Shown here: piece after piece, positions 53,064-62,121 of the stretch | How the letters are laid out: every line of letters starts with the position of its first letter | Numbering within the stretch: position 1 is the stretch's first letter | Source: a virus | Virus record (IMG/VR): IMGVR_UViG_3300045988_148972 | DNA length: 64,000 nucleotides | Strand: one strand, 5' to 3' | Translations under genes and position numbers: made by a program | Notes under the pieces: generated by a model | What the model saw: only the letters and a program-made list of their open reading frames with translations | Database searches by the model: none | What the model was told of the DNA's origin: nothing

Positions 53064-53708
53064 ATGGATGTAAAAAATCAGTCTTACGGAAAAGTTATCA
53101 GTGCTTCTTATCAGCACTACATTACACTGACAGAAGTAGAAGATAAGTACAAGCCTATCTTCACTACTATCACAGTACCGTCATGGGAAGGGCTAGACCA
53201 ATTTGTTGAGATAGACGAAGCAGAAGCGGAAAGAATACGTACAGTCAAGAACGCTGCCAAAGGGAATGTAGAATATCCAGAAGAGCTGGTTAATCAAATG
53301 ATTGGGCTGTTTGCTACTTCTATCAACACTATGAGCCTGACAGACGAACAAGCATTGCAATTCAAGAATTTATACCCAGCATGGGAAACATTTATTAACC
53401 AGAAACTTGAAAAAGACTACAAGGTATTGTACGAAGATAAGCTGTACAAGGTTAAACAGACTATCGAAAAGGTATTGCAAAATCAGCCACCTTCAATAGA
53501 CACAGCAGCTTTGTATGAAGAAATCAATGAAGCTAATGCAGGCACACTTGAAGACCCTATCCCTTACAACACCAACATGGAGTTGTTTGAAGGGAAATAT
53601 TATTCTCAGAACAGCGTCACTTATAAATGTACTCGTAACACAGGACAGCCAGTCTATGAAGACCTATCAGCACTAGTAGATATATATGTCGAACAAGTAG
53701 AACAATAG
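53064..53708 (+). CDS. Late protein with a CBM5/12-like segment (214 aa), paralog of 59123-59830
   Basis: YPAWETF...YKVLYEDKLYKVKQ...AGTLEDPIPYN...GKYYSQNSVTYKCTRNTGQPV aligns with the C-terminus of 59123-59830. Confidence 0.55.
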   Translation: MDVKNQSYGKVISASYQHYITLTEVEDKYKPIFTTITVPSWEGLDQFVEIDEAEAERIRTVKNAAKGNVEYPEELVNQMIGLFATSINTMSLTDEQALQFKNLYPAWETFINQKLEKDYKVLYEDKLYKVKQTIEKVLQNQPPSIDTAALYEEINEANAGTLEDPIPYNTNMELFEGKYYSQNSVTYKCTRNTGQPVYEDLSALVDIYVEQVEQ

Positions 53709-53750
53709 TGTTATGGAATCATATTAGAGATAGATAAACATCTTCTCCTA

Positions 53751-53790
53751 TTTTTGTCCTTTATATACTATACATGGATAATTAACTTTA
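53751..53790 (+). promoter_or_regulatory. Late-type promoter motif, copy 4 of 5
   Basis: TTTTTG-TCCTTTA..26 nt..TAACTTTA (53783-53790). Confidence 0.55.
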
Positions 53791-53805
53791 CATTAAAAAC
53801 AGATT

Positions 53806-54090
53806 ATGGAACAAAGAGAATTATCTTTCAATGAACAGAATGGATATTATATATCTGAAGAAAAAGTAAATGCAGATTATAATCTGCATATAGAGATGGA
53901 AGAAGAAAAAGGTTCTGTCGAAATTTATCAAAGAGGCAGTGACTCGGGAGAATATCGGCGTGTATATACACAAACAGGGTGGGGAAAAGTGGTGGACGCA
54001 GATTTCCAGCATGCAGTATATCCTAAATATATAAAAATAAAGGTAAGGAGTAAAGTCGTTATGGCTACTATAAGGGAGGCAGACGTATGA
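53806..54090 (+). CDS. Hypothetical late protein (94 aa)
   Basis: ORF. Confidence 0.55.
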   Translation: MEQRELSFNEQNGYYISEEKVNADYNLHIEMEEEKGSVEIYQRGSDSGEYRRVYTQTGWGKVVDADFQHAVYPKYIKIKVRSKVVMATIREADV

Positions 54091-54290
54091 ACAAAACATT
54101 ACCTGTAAAAATAAAAATGTCTATATATCGAATTGGTTTTGGCATCGACTCTGGGATTGAGAAGGAGAGTATAACTGAAAATATTCCCAGATCAGTTCCT
54201 ATACGGCTTGAAACCGGAGAAATAATGTGTAGCGAATCCGGTAGCTACATTGTACTTGAAAACCTTTTACATAAATATAAAAAGAAGTAA
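54087..54290 (+). CDS. Hypothetical late protein (67 aa)
   Basis: ORF with a 4-nt overlap. Confidence 0.5.
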   Translation: MNKTLPVKIKMSIYRIGFGIDSGIEKESITENIPRSVPIRLETGEIMCSESGSYIVLENLLHKYKKK

Positions 54291-54292
54291 AA

Positions 54293-54910
54293 ATGGAACT
54301 GGCATGTGATATAATGGATATAGGAACATTAGATATATGCCCTAAAGAAACATATTCGGGAATAGGTCATGTAATATATGTGACTTATCCCGAAGATCTT
54401 GTGGAAAAACCTTTTTACGAGAATGGTGAAGCTGCTTTTTCACTTTCATCTTTTGTATTTAAACCTGGTAGAGGGGCATATCGTATTTATATCAAGAAAA
54501 AAAGCGGAAGAATACAGTCTGTCGGATATGATAGGGATAAAGGATACAAGGTTAATCTGATGTTTACGATTGATCGTGTTTTAGAAAAATCATCAAGGCT
54601 GCTTCGCATATTGAAAAATAGAGAAGATGCGATATTTTTTGTTGATCGGTTTGATGGAGGATACTATGTTGTGTATGATCCGGTGTTCGGTACGAAAGTA
54701 AGTAATTCCTATGATAGCGGGAAAGCTCCTGATTCTGATAGAGGATATTCTGTTACTGTCACCTGTGATCCATCTAAATACTCATTGACTAAGTGGGATG
54801 GAACTCTTACTATATTAAAGAGGTCATTGTCTTTTCTTTCTACTGAAGATGGTCGTCCGATATTTACAGAGAAAAACGAATATATTTTGTCAAACAAAAT
54901 AAAACTTTAA
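54293..54910 (+). CDS. Hypothetical late protein (205 aa)
   Basis: ORF. Confidence 0.6.
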   Translation: MELACDIMDIGTLDICPKETYSGIGHVIYVTYPEDLVEKPFYENGEAAFSLSSFVFKPGRGAYRIYIKKKSGRIQSVGYDRDKGYKVNLMFTIDRVLEKSSRLLRILKNREDAIFFVDRFDGGYYVVYDPVFGTKVSNSYDSGKAPDSDRGYSVTVTCDPSKYSLTKWDGTLTILKRSLSFLSTEDGRPIFTEKNEYILSNKIKL

Positions 54911-54914
54911 GTAT

Positions 54915-55760
54915 ATGGCTATAGAAGATCAAGATGGTGTAAAAATTAGTGATATGCCCGATTTAAGTTCAATAACGGGTAAAGAATATTTTCCTGTAGT
55001 TGATTCTGCTGGTACAAACAGAAAGGTTGCTACATCATTGCTTGCTACAAAAACCGAACTTGAAGGCAAGGCGGATAAATCCGAAATAGTTGATATGGCA
55101 ACAAAGACTTGGATAGGTCAGCAAGGTTTTTTGACAGAGCATCAAGATATATCTCAGCTAGCTACGAAACAAGAAGTTACACAAGGATTGTCGGGAAAAC
55201 AAGATACACTTCAAAGCGGTACTACTATTAAAACCATTAATGGGCAGTCAATACTCGGTTCGGGTGACTTGGAGATACAGACGGACACGGGAGGTATTTC
55301 GGATGCTCCATCTGACGGAAAGAAGTATGTCCGCAGCAACGGGAACTGGGTAGAAGAAACAACGGTAGACACATCTAATTTCGCAACTAAGACTGAACTT
55401 GAAGGCAAAGTAGATGATTCTGAAATTGCAGATATGCTGACTAAAACAGAGGCAGCTTCTACTTATCAGCCTATAGGAGATTACTTAACTGCTATCCCTG
55501 ATGAATATGTAACAGAAACAGAGTTGAACGGTAAAGGATATGCAACTACTACGCAATTATCCGATGCAGTAGCAGATAAACTAACTAAGACGCAAGCGGA
55601 TGGGTATTATCAGGCTACAGGTGATTATGCGTTAAAATCGGAGATCCCCGATGTAAGCGGTTTTATCACCTCTACTCAGGCAGACGAGAAGTATGCTACA
55701 TTAGAGCAAATTGGAAACATTGATACTATATTGGATGAAATAAATGGGGAGGTGATATAA
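54915..55760 (+). CDS. Fibre-like protein with repeated ATKTELEGK-D-SEI-DM-TKT units (281 aa)
   Basis: Two near-identical repeat units and a Thr/Gly/Asp-rich composition. Confidence 0.6.
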   Translation: MAIEDQDGVKISDMPDLSSITGKEYFPVVDSAGTNRKVATSLLATKTELEGKADKSEIVDMATKTWIGQQGFLTEHQDISQLATKQEVTQGLSGKQDTLQSGTTIKTINGQSILGSGDLEIQTDTGGISDAPSDGKKYVRSNGNWVEETTVDTSNFATKTELEGKVDDSEIADMLTKTEAASTYQPIGDYLTAIPDEYVTETELNGKGYATTTQLSDAVADKLTKTQADGYYQATGDYALKSEIPDVSGFITSTQADEKYATLEQIGNIDTILDEINGEVI

Positions 55761-57178
55761 TGGGAACGACAGCAGACAAACTTAATAAGTTAAAAGAAAG
55801 CAAAGCCGCCATAAAGGCAGCCATTGAAGCAAAGGGTGTAGAAAATGTAGGAGAAATCCTTTCAGAATACCCGGCTAAAATAGCAGCCATTCCGACAGGG
55901 GATGAATACGCCCTTGAATCGCAAATGCTGATACTGCCGGTACGCTCAACCACCATTACCACCAGTGAAGGAAAGACAGCGGCAATAGCTACAAACGACC
56001 ACATCAAGATTGTAGATACCAACCTGGAGCATTACACAGTAAAAGAATGGAACGACCGAAGCGTGGCAAATGGCTTTGACAACGAACTTATTGCTCCTCC
56101 TGTAGGCTTTTCTCTGGAATGTAACGGAATCAGAACGATATTGTATTGGCCGTGGCAGGGAGAATATTACGCCACGTCCGGCAGTACAAGCAAAGTATCA
56201 AACGGAATACAGCATTCAGTCTATGAATACGACCAGATGACCGGAGCCAGGGAAGGGACTGATTATCACGGCACGGCAGATGAAAACCTTGGTACTCACG
56301 CCGTAGGAAGTCACTTTGCTGCAGACTGGAGCGTAACAGTAACGGAAGATGACAAGCTTGAACTTTATAGCGGTAACACCAAACAACGCTGGATAATGGA
56401 AAAGAATTGCGGCAATGTAGATGTTATGATAGCGAATAATTACGCCGAACGTCTTGAAGCCATGTATGTACAAAATGAATGGCTTCGCCACAGGTTTGCC
56501 ATCTGTAGCGGCATAACATCTTCTGAAGCAGAAGGCACAATAACCGATGTGGAAATCCTAAATTCATCAGGCGTACAGGCTCAGGTAGGTGAAGATATGT
56601 TTTTCTTCGTAAACAGCCAGAACACAGGTTTGAAAGCAATGTACAATACAAATAATAAGTATTCAGTAAACAACGGATATTATTTCAAACCTGAATACGC
56701 TGAATGGCTGTACGAACAGCAGAAAACAAACGGTGTAAACATGAACGACACCGGAGTAAACTCCGCCAAACGACCTCTTCTTTCTCCGGGCGCAAAAGGA
56801 GCGGAAGCAATTACCGTTGACGGGTATTGGTATATCATTACCCCATACATAAGCAGACCGGGAAATTCCAGTACAAATTACGACTGGAATATGGCAGATT
56901 CTCATGCTGTATATTACATCAAAACACTTGAAGGGAAGTATATGGCAGGAGAGAAAGAATTATATCCATACTGGACGAACAAAAGCATAATTTCAGGATT
57001 GATAAACTATCTTAACAGTTATGAAAAATGGGGCATACCTGGCGTTCTGGGCGGCAACGTCTGGAGCTGTGTCCGCAACCTTGGCAACTACGCATGGTAT
57101 GTGTACATGGGCAATGGTACCTTGAGCAACTTCAACACGATCAACACCTTTAGTGTGGTGCCGGCCTCCGCTTTTTGA
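55760..57178 (+). CDS. DGR target protein (fibre/receptor-binding candidate) with a C-terminal variable region (472 aa)
   Basis: The VR occupies codons just before the stop. The C-terminus GGNVWSCVRNLGNYAWYVYMGNGTLSNFNTINTFSVVPA resembles DGR-variable CLec/DUF1566-type ends. Confidence 0.85.
   Translation: MGTTADKLNKLKESKAAIKAAIEAKGVENVGEILSEYPAKIAAIPTGDEYALESQMLILPVRSTTITTSEGKTAAIATNDHIKIVDTNLEHYTVKEWNDRSVANGFDNELIAPPVGFSLECNGIRTILYWPWQGEYYATSGSTSKVSNGIQHSVYEYDQMTGAREGTDYHGTADENLGTHAVGSHFAADWSVTVTEDDKLELYSGNTKQRWIMEKNCGNVDVMIANNYAERLEAMYVQNEWLRHRFAICSGITSSEAEGTITDVEILNSSGVQAQVGEDMFFFVNSQNTGLKAMYNTNNKYSVNNGYYFKPEYAEWLYEQQKTNGVNMNDTGVNSAKRPLLSPGAKGAEAITVDGYWYIITPYISRPGNSSTNYDWNMADSHAVYYIKTLEGKYMAGEKELYPYWTNKSIISGLINYLNSYEKWGIPGVLGGNVWSCVRNLGNYAWYVYMGNGTLSNFNTINTFSVVPASAF
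57044..57170 (+). repeat. DGR variable repeat (VR)
   Basis: A 127 bp segment matching TR at an offset of +644, with 10 mismatches, all opposite TR adenines. Confidence 0.9.
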
Positions 57179-57186
57179 TTTATCTC

Positions 57187-57205
57187 AGCCGTGCGGAGCA
57201 CGGCT
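57187..57205 (+). other. GC-rich hairpin just 3' of VR
   Basis: AGCCGTGC-GGA-GCACGGCT. There is no counterpart after TR. Confidence 0.7.
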
Positions 57206-57255
57206 TATCAATTTTTGAATTAAAATATATTAACATTTAATACGCGACAATAGAA

Positions 57256-57609
57256 ATGAACAGATCCGGGAGGAAACATTTGGACGCACCGATTATTCAG
57301 GATGTGATACGCCTGAATAATTGTCTCATAGAAATCAACAGCAAAGCTTATAAGGTCATAAGCAGAACATATATAGACCCTATGCTGAAGCAAGGCGCAC
57401 TGCTTTTCAGCTACGCTATGCGCCAGGTCCGTGGAATGGACTATTATAAAAGAGCTACAGAGCTGACATACGAATTGCAGTTCGGAATATATCTGATAGT
57501 GGCTCTTGGAGGATGCAGCAAAGAGAAAGCGTCTGTAATAGACGTTTTGTGCGATAATATTTTATCTTCGCTTGCGAGGATAAAGAATGTCAGATCCGAA
57601 AAGTCTTGA
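57256..57609 (+). CDS. avd: Accessory variability determinant (Avd)-like protein (117 aa)
   Basis: Small, basic and predicted helical. It lies between the target and TR/RT, as in canonical DGRs. Confidence 0.6.
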   Translation: MNRSGRKHLDAPIIQDVIRLNNCLIEINSKAYKVISRTYIDPMLKQGALLFSYAMRQVRGMDYYKRATELTYELQFGIYLIVALGGCSKEKASVIDVLCDNILSSLARIKNVRSEKS

Positions 57610-57612
57610 ACT

Positions 57613-59085
57613 ATGTCGGCAGAACTGTTTAATGATAAAGGTCCCTGTGCTTGCAGTGAGCAAGCTATTCCGATTAACAGGGCAGAAGTTCTGGGCGGCA
57701 ACGTCTGGAGCTGTGTCCGCAACAATGGCAACAACGCATGGTATGTGAACATGGGCAATGGTAACTTGAACAACAACAACACGAACAACACCTATAGTGT
57801 GGTGCCGGCCTCCGATTTATCAGAAAAAGTGTCCGCCTGGATAGCTGCCGAAAGTGATTGCTATAAAAACAAGCACGCATCGCTCGAAGCGGCATCGTTT
57901 CATTTCAACCTGTCGCGTATTTATGAATTGATAAACAGAATAAACAATGGCTACCAGCCACAGACAAGCATCTGTTTTGTCCTCGACTACCCCGTGTATA
58001 GAGAAGTTTTCGCCGCCAACTACACCGACCGTATCGTACACCACTACGTCGCCCCGATGCTTGGCGAGATATGTGAGAAAGTACACGAAGCCAATGGCGA
58101 TGTAAGCCACGGCAACCGTATCAGACACTCCGCATCTACAGCCATCGAGCAGATACAGCGGAATATCCGTGATGTAACGGACGGCTACACAAAGGAAGCC
58201 TTCGTAGCCACAATGGATATATCAGGCTTCTTTATGTCGATAGACAAGGAAACCGCATACCGCATCTTGCGGAAATACGCCGATATGTACTACGACAAAC
58301 CCGATAAAGAAGAAAAACTCTCTCTGCTTCACACCCTGATACAACACAATCCGGCCACAGACTGCGAGCGACATTCCGACATAAGAATGTGGGATAAAGT
58401 CCCGCCCAACAAAAGCCTTTTCGGACTTCCACCCGACAAAGGACTCCCGATAGGAAACTTCTATTCCCAACTCCTCGCAAACCTTGTGATAGCCGAAGCT
58501 GATGCGGAAATGATAAAAACCGGAGTGAAATACACACGGTTTGTAGATGATATATGCGTGGTGGCAGAAACATCAGCCGAAATAATCCATGCCCGGAAAG
58601 TATTCATTAAAGCGATCGGACGGCTGAAACTAAAAGTCCATCCCGATAAATTCTACATACAGCCGGCCTCACACGGAGTAAAGTTCTGCGGAAAGGTAGT
58701 AAAGCTGAACCGTATCTACATATCCAACCGTACGGTACACGCCCTTCATACAGCAATAGAAGAATACAGCCGGATGCCGTCGTACAGCAATGCCGTACAC
58801 GTCATGCAAAGCATAAACAGCTATTTCGGGCTGATGAAAGGAACAGCGTCCTTCAATATTAAAAAGCGTATAGCCGGGAAAGTCCTGGAAACATTCTCCG
58901 AATGGCTGTATTTCCGCAACAAAAACGGCCGGTTCGTCTGTGTGTTGAAAAGCAAGTACAAACCTAACAAGACATCATATCTAAACCTGAACGACTATGC
59001 TTCCATATTCAGACCGCCGACAAGGTGCTATCCGAAAAGGAGGCTGCCCTTACAACTCCGCGAACCTGCATATCTGCGAGCATAA
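57613..59085 (+). CDS. DGR reverse transcriptase (490-aa ORF; the true start is uncertain)
   Basis: YTDRIVHHYV, the DGR-type LPIGNFYSQLLAN (I/LGxxxSQ), and the catalytic FVDD box. Confidence 0.9.
   Translation: MSAELFNDKGPCACSEQAIPINRAEVLGGNVWSCVRNNGNNAWYVNMGNGNLNNNNTNNTYSVVPASDLSEKVSAWIAAESDCYKNKHASLEAASFHFNLSRIYELINRINNGYQPQTSICFVLDYPVYREVFAANYTDRIVHHYVAPMLGEICEKVHEANGDVSHGNRIRHSASTAIEQIQRNIRDVTDGYTKEAFVATMDISGFFMSIDKETAYRILRKYADMYYDKPDKEEKLSLLHTLIQHNPATDCERHSDIRMWDKVPPNKSLFGLPPDKGLPIGNFYSQLLANLVIAEADAEMIKTGVKYTRFVDDICVVAETSAEIIHARKVFIKAIGRLKLKVHPDKFYIQPASHGVKFCGKVVKLNRIYISNRTVHALHTAIEEYSRMPSYSNAVHVMQSINSYFGLMKGTASFNIKKRIAGKVLETFSEWLYFRNKNGRFVCVLKSKYKPNKTSYLNLNDYASIFRPPTRCYPKRRLPLQLREPAYLRA
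57688..57814 (+). repeat. DGR template repeat (TR)
   Basis: The invariant, adenine-rich copy (many AAC codons), located at the 5' end of the RT ORF. Confidence 0.9.
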
Positions 59086-59122
59086 CGGACAACTGATAGC
59101 AACATTTAAAACCATAAACAAC

Positions 59123-59830
59123 ATGAAGTACGCAAAAATCGAAAACGACGAATTCCTCATTAAGGAATTTGAAAAGGGTATCGAGGTAGGCGGCAAGCTT
59201 ACCGAAGAAGAAATAATCGCACAAGGTTATAAACCTTTATGTGAAGTAGAAAAACCTGATGGAGCAGAAGGTTTTGTATATAAAGATTACGGAACCTGTT
59301 ATGTGCAGATATGGAAGATGCCAGGCGAGGATATACGTCCGGATGAAATATGGACTTCCGATAGTGGGATCATGCCTGAATTTTCCGATTTGCAAAGGCT
59401 GCAAAAAGACATTGCTATGATAAACGAGAATATTAATTCACTTAACCTTACCAGTAATGAAGCTTTTGAAGTTAAAGAGTTTTATCCTGAATGGTCTGCC
59501 GATTCTGTAGAAGTAAAGAAAGGTGAAAGATATCAGCTAAACGGAAAGCTTTATGAAGTAGTACAAGATCATACCACACAGGCTAACTGGTCACCTGAAA
59601 ATCAATCTTCTTTATGGGTTGAAGTTACAGAAAGCCATGCAGGTACATTTGACGATCCAATACCGTATAACGAAGAGTTAGATCCGATGTGGCAGGGAAT
59701 GGTACTTGAAGAAGGGAAATATTATACTCAGGGTGGAGTAGTATATAAGTGTATAAGAAATACCGGAAACAAGGTTACACAGAATCTTGCCGATTTGGTT
59801 TCCGGAGGATTTGTAGAACAAGTTAAATAA
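59123..59830 (+). CDS. Late protein with a CBM5/12-like segment (235 aa), paralog of 53064-53708
   Basis: YPEWSADS...ERYQLNGKLYEVVQDHTTQANWSP...AGTFDDPIPYN...GKYYTQGGVVYKCIRNTGNKV. Confidence 0.55.
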   Translation: MKYAKIENDEFLIKEFEKGIEVGGKLTEEEIIAQGYKPLCEVEKPDGAEGFVYKDYGTCYVQIWKMPGEDIRPDEIWTSDSGIMPEFSDLQRLQKDIAMINENINSLNLTSNEAFEVKEFYPEWSADSVEVKKGERYQLNGKLYEVVQDHTTQANWSPENQSSLWVEVTESHAGTFDDPIPYNEELDPMWQGMVLEEGKYYTQGGVVYKCIRNTGNKVTQNLADLVSGGFVEQVK

Positions 59831-59837
59831 TAGAATT

Positions 59838-60161
59838 ATGAAATTTTTTGATTGGTTAAAAGAAAGCAACCGGCTTTCTCACCTGAAAGTTGGTTTTGCC
59901 ATTTGGATTGTTGTAATGCTTATCGGATGCTCCATGTTGAGCATGTTCGAAGAAGTTACTGATTTTGAACTTATGCAGGCGCAAGCCATTACGATTACAT
60001 GCTCCTTGCTAGCAGATTTAACCGTATTTATTTCCATGTGTGCCGTGGAATATGTACAGAAATCATCCGGCATAGGTAAGTTTGACTGGCTCGATATTCT
60101 GGCAGGGATGATTACTCCTCTAATTATTACTATTGTAATTGTAATTATATATCTATTATAA
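59838..60161 (+). CDS. Membrane protein with about 3 TM helices (107 aa)
   Basis: Hydrophobic segments VGFAIWIVVMLIGC, ITITCSLLADLTVFISMC and GMITPLIITIVIVIIYLL. Confidence 0.55.
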   Translation: MKFFDWLKESNRLSHLKVGFAIWIVVMLIGCSMLSMFEEVTDFELMQAQAITITCSLLADLTVFISMCAVEYVQKSSGIGKFDWLDILAGMITPLIITIVIVIIYLL

Positions 60162-60340
60162 ATAATTTTAGATATTTGAATAGCCCAATTAAAAACATTA
60201 AAATATATTTTCCTATTAATATTTTTTGTAATTTAGCGGCGTAATAGGGAAAACAGGGAATCCCTTTTTATGAGAGTTTTATCAACACACAGAAAGGAGA
60301 CAAGCGATTGTTTCCTTTTTTGTCCTCCTTTGAACCGTAT

Positions 60341-60381
60341 TTTTTTGTCCTTCACTCTTCTATATTCTCTTTATAACTTTG
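60341..60381 (+). promoter_or_regulatory. Late-type promoter motif, copy 5 of 5
   Basis: TTTTTTG-TCCTTCA..26 nt..TAACTTTG (60374-60381). A partial extra TTTTTTGTCCTCC lies at about 60316. Confidence 0.65.
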
Positions 60382-60424
60382 TATTGCAACAAAAACCAAA
60401 TGTTTAACTAAAAACGACGACAAA

Positions 60425-60823
60425 ATGAAAAAGATGATTTTAATGTTTGCAATGCTGATCTCTGCATTGACCGTTTTCGCGCAGGGCGCTGTAACCTCTG
60501 AACCTTCTACTGCCGGATTCGTAATCGACCTGGGAACGTTCACCGGAATCGTAGCACTTATCTCGGCTATCGTGACGCAGATCCTGAAAGTAATTCCTGC
60601 CATTTCAGGAAGCAAGCTCGCAAAAATCGGTGTGAGCGTGGCGGTAGGTATGGTGGTTTGCGTGCTGGCATGGGCGCTTCAGCTTACTCCTCTGCTCGAA
60701 GGATACCAATGGTGGGGAACGCTTATTTACGGACTGGCTGCCGGACTTAGTGGATGCGGTTTCTACGATGTGGTAAAAGCTATTGCCGCTCTTTTTAAGG
60801 ATAATACGGAAGAGATGGAATAA
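60425..60823 (+). CDS. Holin-like membrane protein (132 aa)
   Basis: A signal-like N-terminus plus 3 TM segments. It lies in the lysis region upstream of the amidase. Confidence 0.5.
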   Translation: MKKMILMFAMLISALTVFAQGAVTSEPSTAGFVIDLGTFTGIVALISAIVTQILKVIPAISGSKLAKIGVSVAVGMVVCVLAWALQLTPLLEGYQWWGTLIYGLAAGLSGCGFYDVVKAIAALFKDNTEEME

Positions 60824-60847
60824 CGGGAAATCGGAAGGAGGCACGGA

Positions 60848-61480
60848 ATGGACGCAGAAATGGTGACGGCCATAAGCGCAGCTGTAGTTTCCGTGGGTAC
60901 CTTGATTTTTACTCAGTACAACAAAATGACGCAGAAGTATCGTGACAAGATGAACGATATGAAGTTGGAACGGTACAAGCAGGAAACCGAACGTCTTAGC
61001 TTCAAGCGAAGCGAGAACACGGCAAAGGTATTTGGTGAGCTGTGGAAGGTGCTCTACGAGACAAAGGCCGACAGGGTGTACATCGTACAGCCGCACCCGC
61101 TGGGTAACGCAGCCTTCCTTTCCATCTATTTCGAAGTGAAACGCAAGGGGGTATCGGGCATGAAAGACAACGTGCAGCGGCTCCCTATGAGCGAAATGGC
61201 AGTATTCAGCAGAGGACTGGCCGAAAACCTGTTTCTCTGCTATACGGATATAGATTCTCAAGTGAAGGACAAGATGGCCAAATCCCTGTTTATAACCAAT
61301 GGCTGTCGCGCCGTGGCCATAAAGAGGCTGAACAGCGCTTCCGACTGGGTAGGAAACATCTTCTGCGAGTTTACCGACGAAATGGAGGTAAGTGAGGAAC
61401 AAGCCCATAAGGTGCTGCACGATGCAGCAGTGAACATACAGTTCATTCTTCCGGAATACCGGGAGAATCCCTATAAATAG
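60848..61480 (+). CDS. N-terminally anchored hypothetical protein (210 aa)
   Basis: TM segment VTAISAAVVSVGTLIF. The plus frame is protein-like, unlike the long antisense ORF. Confidence 0.55.
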   Translation: MDAEMVTAISAAVVSVGTLIFTQYNKMTQKYRDKMNDMKLERYKQETERLSFKRSENTAKVFGELWKVLYETKADRVYIVQPHPLGNAAFLSIYFEVKRKGVSGMKDNVQRLPMSEMAVFSRGLAENLFLCYTDIDSQVKDKMAKSLFITNGCRAVAIKRLNSASDWVGNIFCEFTDEMEVSEEQAHKVLHDAAVNIQFILPEYRENPYK

Positions 61481-61509
61481 AGTTACAAACCAAAAACACA
61501 ACACAAACA

Positions 61510-62085
61510 ATGGACGAAATCAGTTTTAAGAAGGGAGCTGAAGGCTATGTGGCCGAATATACTTCCGAAGGACGTACAATGGTGCAGATTCAGGGTGTGA
61601 AAAGCGGAAGGCTTTCAATCTACCAGTTTATTGACACCATGGAACCCGTCGCAATGGATACGGTGAATTTCACAAATTCAGTAATTGAAATCAATGTACC
61701 TGCCGGCATGAAGGTACGGCTTCTGAGCGATGTGGAGGTGAAAAAAGTCAAGGCATTGGTCATCAAGGATACCGAAGCAGCCGGAGGTGGCGGCGGAGGT
61801 GAAAGCTATGTGCTCCCGAAAGCAACCGATTCTGCTTTGGGAGGAATCCAGACCGGCTATTCTGAAAACAGCAAGAATTATGCTGTGAAAGTAGATGGCA
61901 GCGGGAAAGCCTATGTAACAGTAAGCTGGACCGATACAACTTATACAAATGCCACATCAGGAACACCAGGTTTGGTAAAACAGGGTGCCCATGTAACAGA
62001 TGCTACAGGTTCGGAAGATGCACATACCGTACTGAACAAGCTGATTGACGAGCTTGAAAAGGCCGGAGTTCTGGCTTCTGCATAA
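61510..62085 (+). CDS. Fibre/decoration-like protein (191 aa)
   Basis: GGGGGG linker, then LPKATDSALGGIQ and NATSGTPGLVKQ repeats typical of phage fibre proteins. Tentative. Confidence 0.35.
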   Translation: MDEISFKKGAEGYVAEYTSEGRTMVQIQGVKSGRLSIYQFIDTMEPVAMDTVNFTNSVIEINVPAGMKVRLLSDVEVKKVKALVIKDTEAAGGGGGGESYVLPKATDSALGGIQTGYSENSKNYAVKVDGSGKAYVTVSWTDTTYTNATSGTPGLVKQGAHVTDATGSEDAHTVLNKLIDELEKAGVLASA

Positions 62086-62121
62086 CCACAGTCACAACAC
62101 AAAAACTAAACTAGACACGAC

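Noticed and set aside
60605-61510. 301-aa minus ORF, the longest antisense ORF in the late region
   Set aside because: It is His/Cys/Phe/Leu-rich with no motif, and it would be the only minus gene in a 19-kb plus-strand block. The plus ORFs 60425-60823 and 60848-61480 are coherent.
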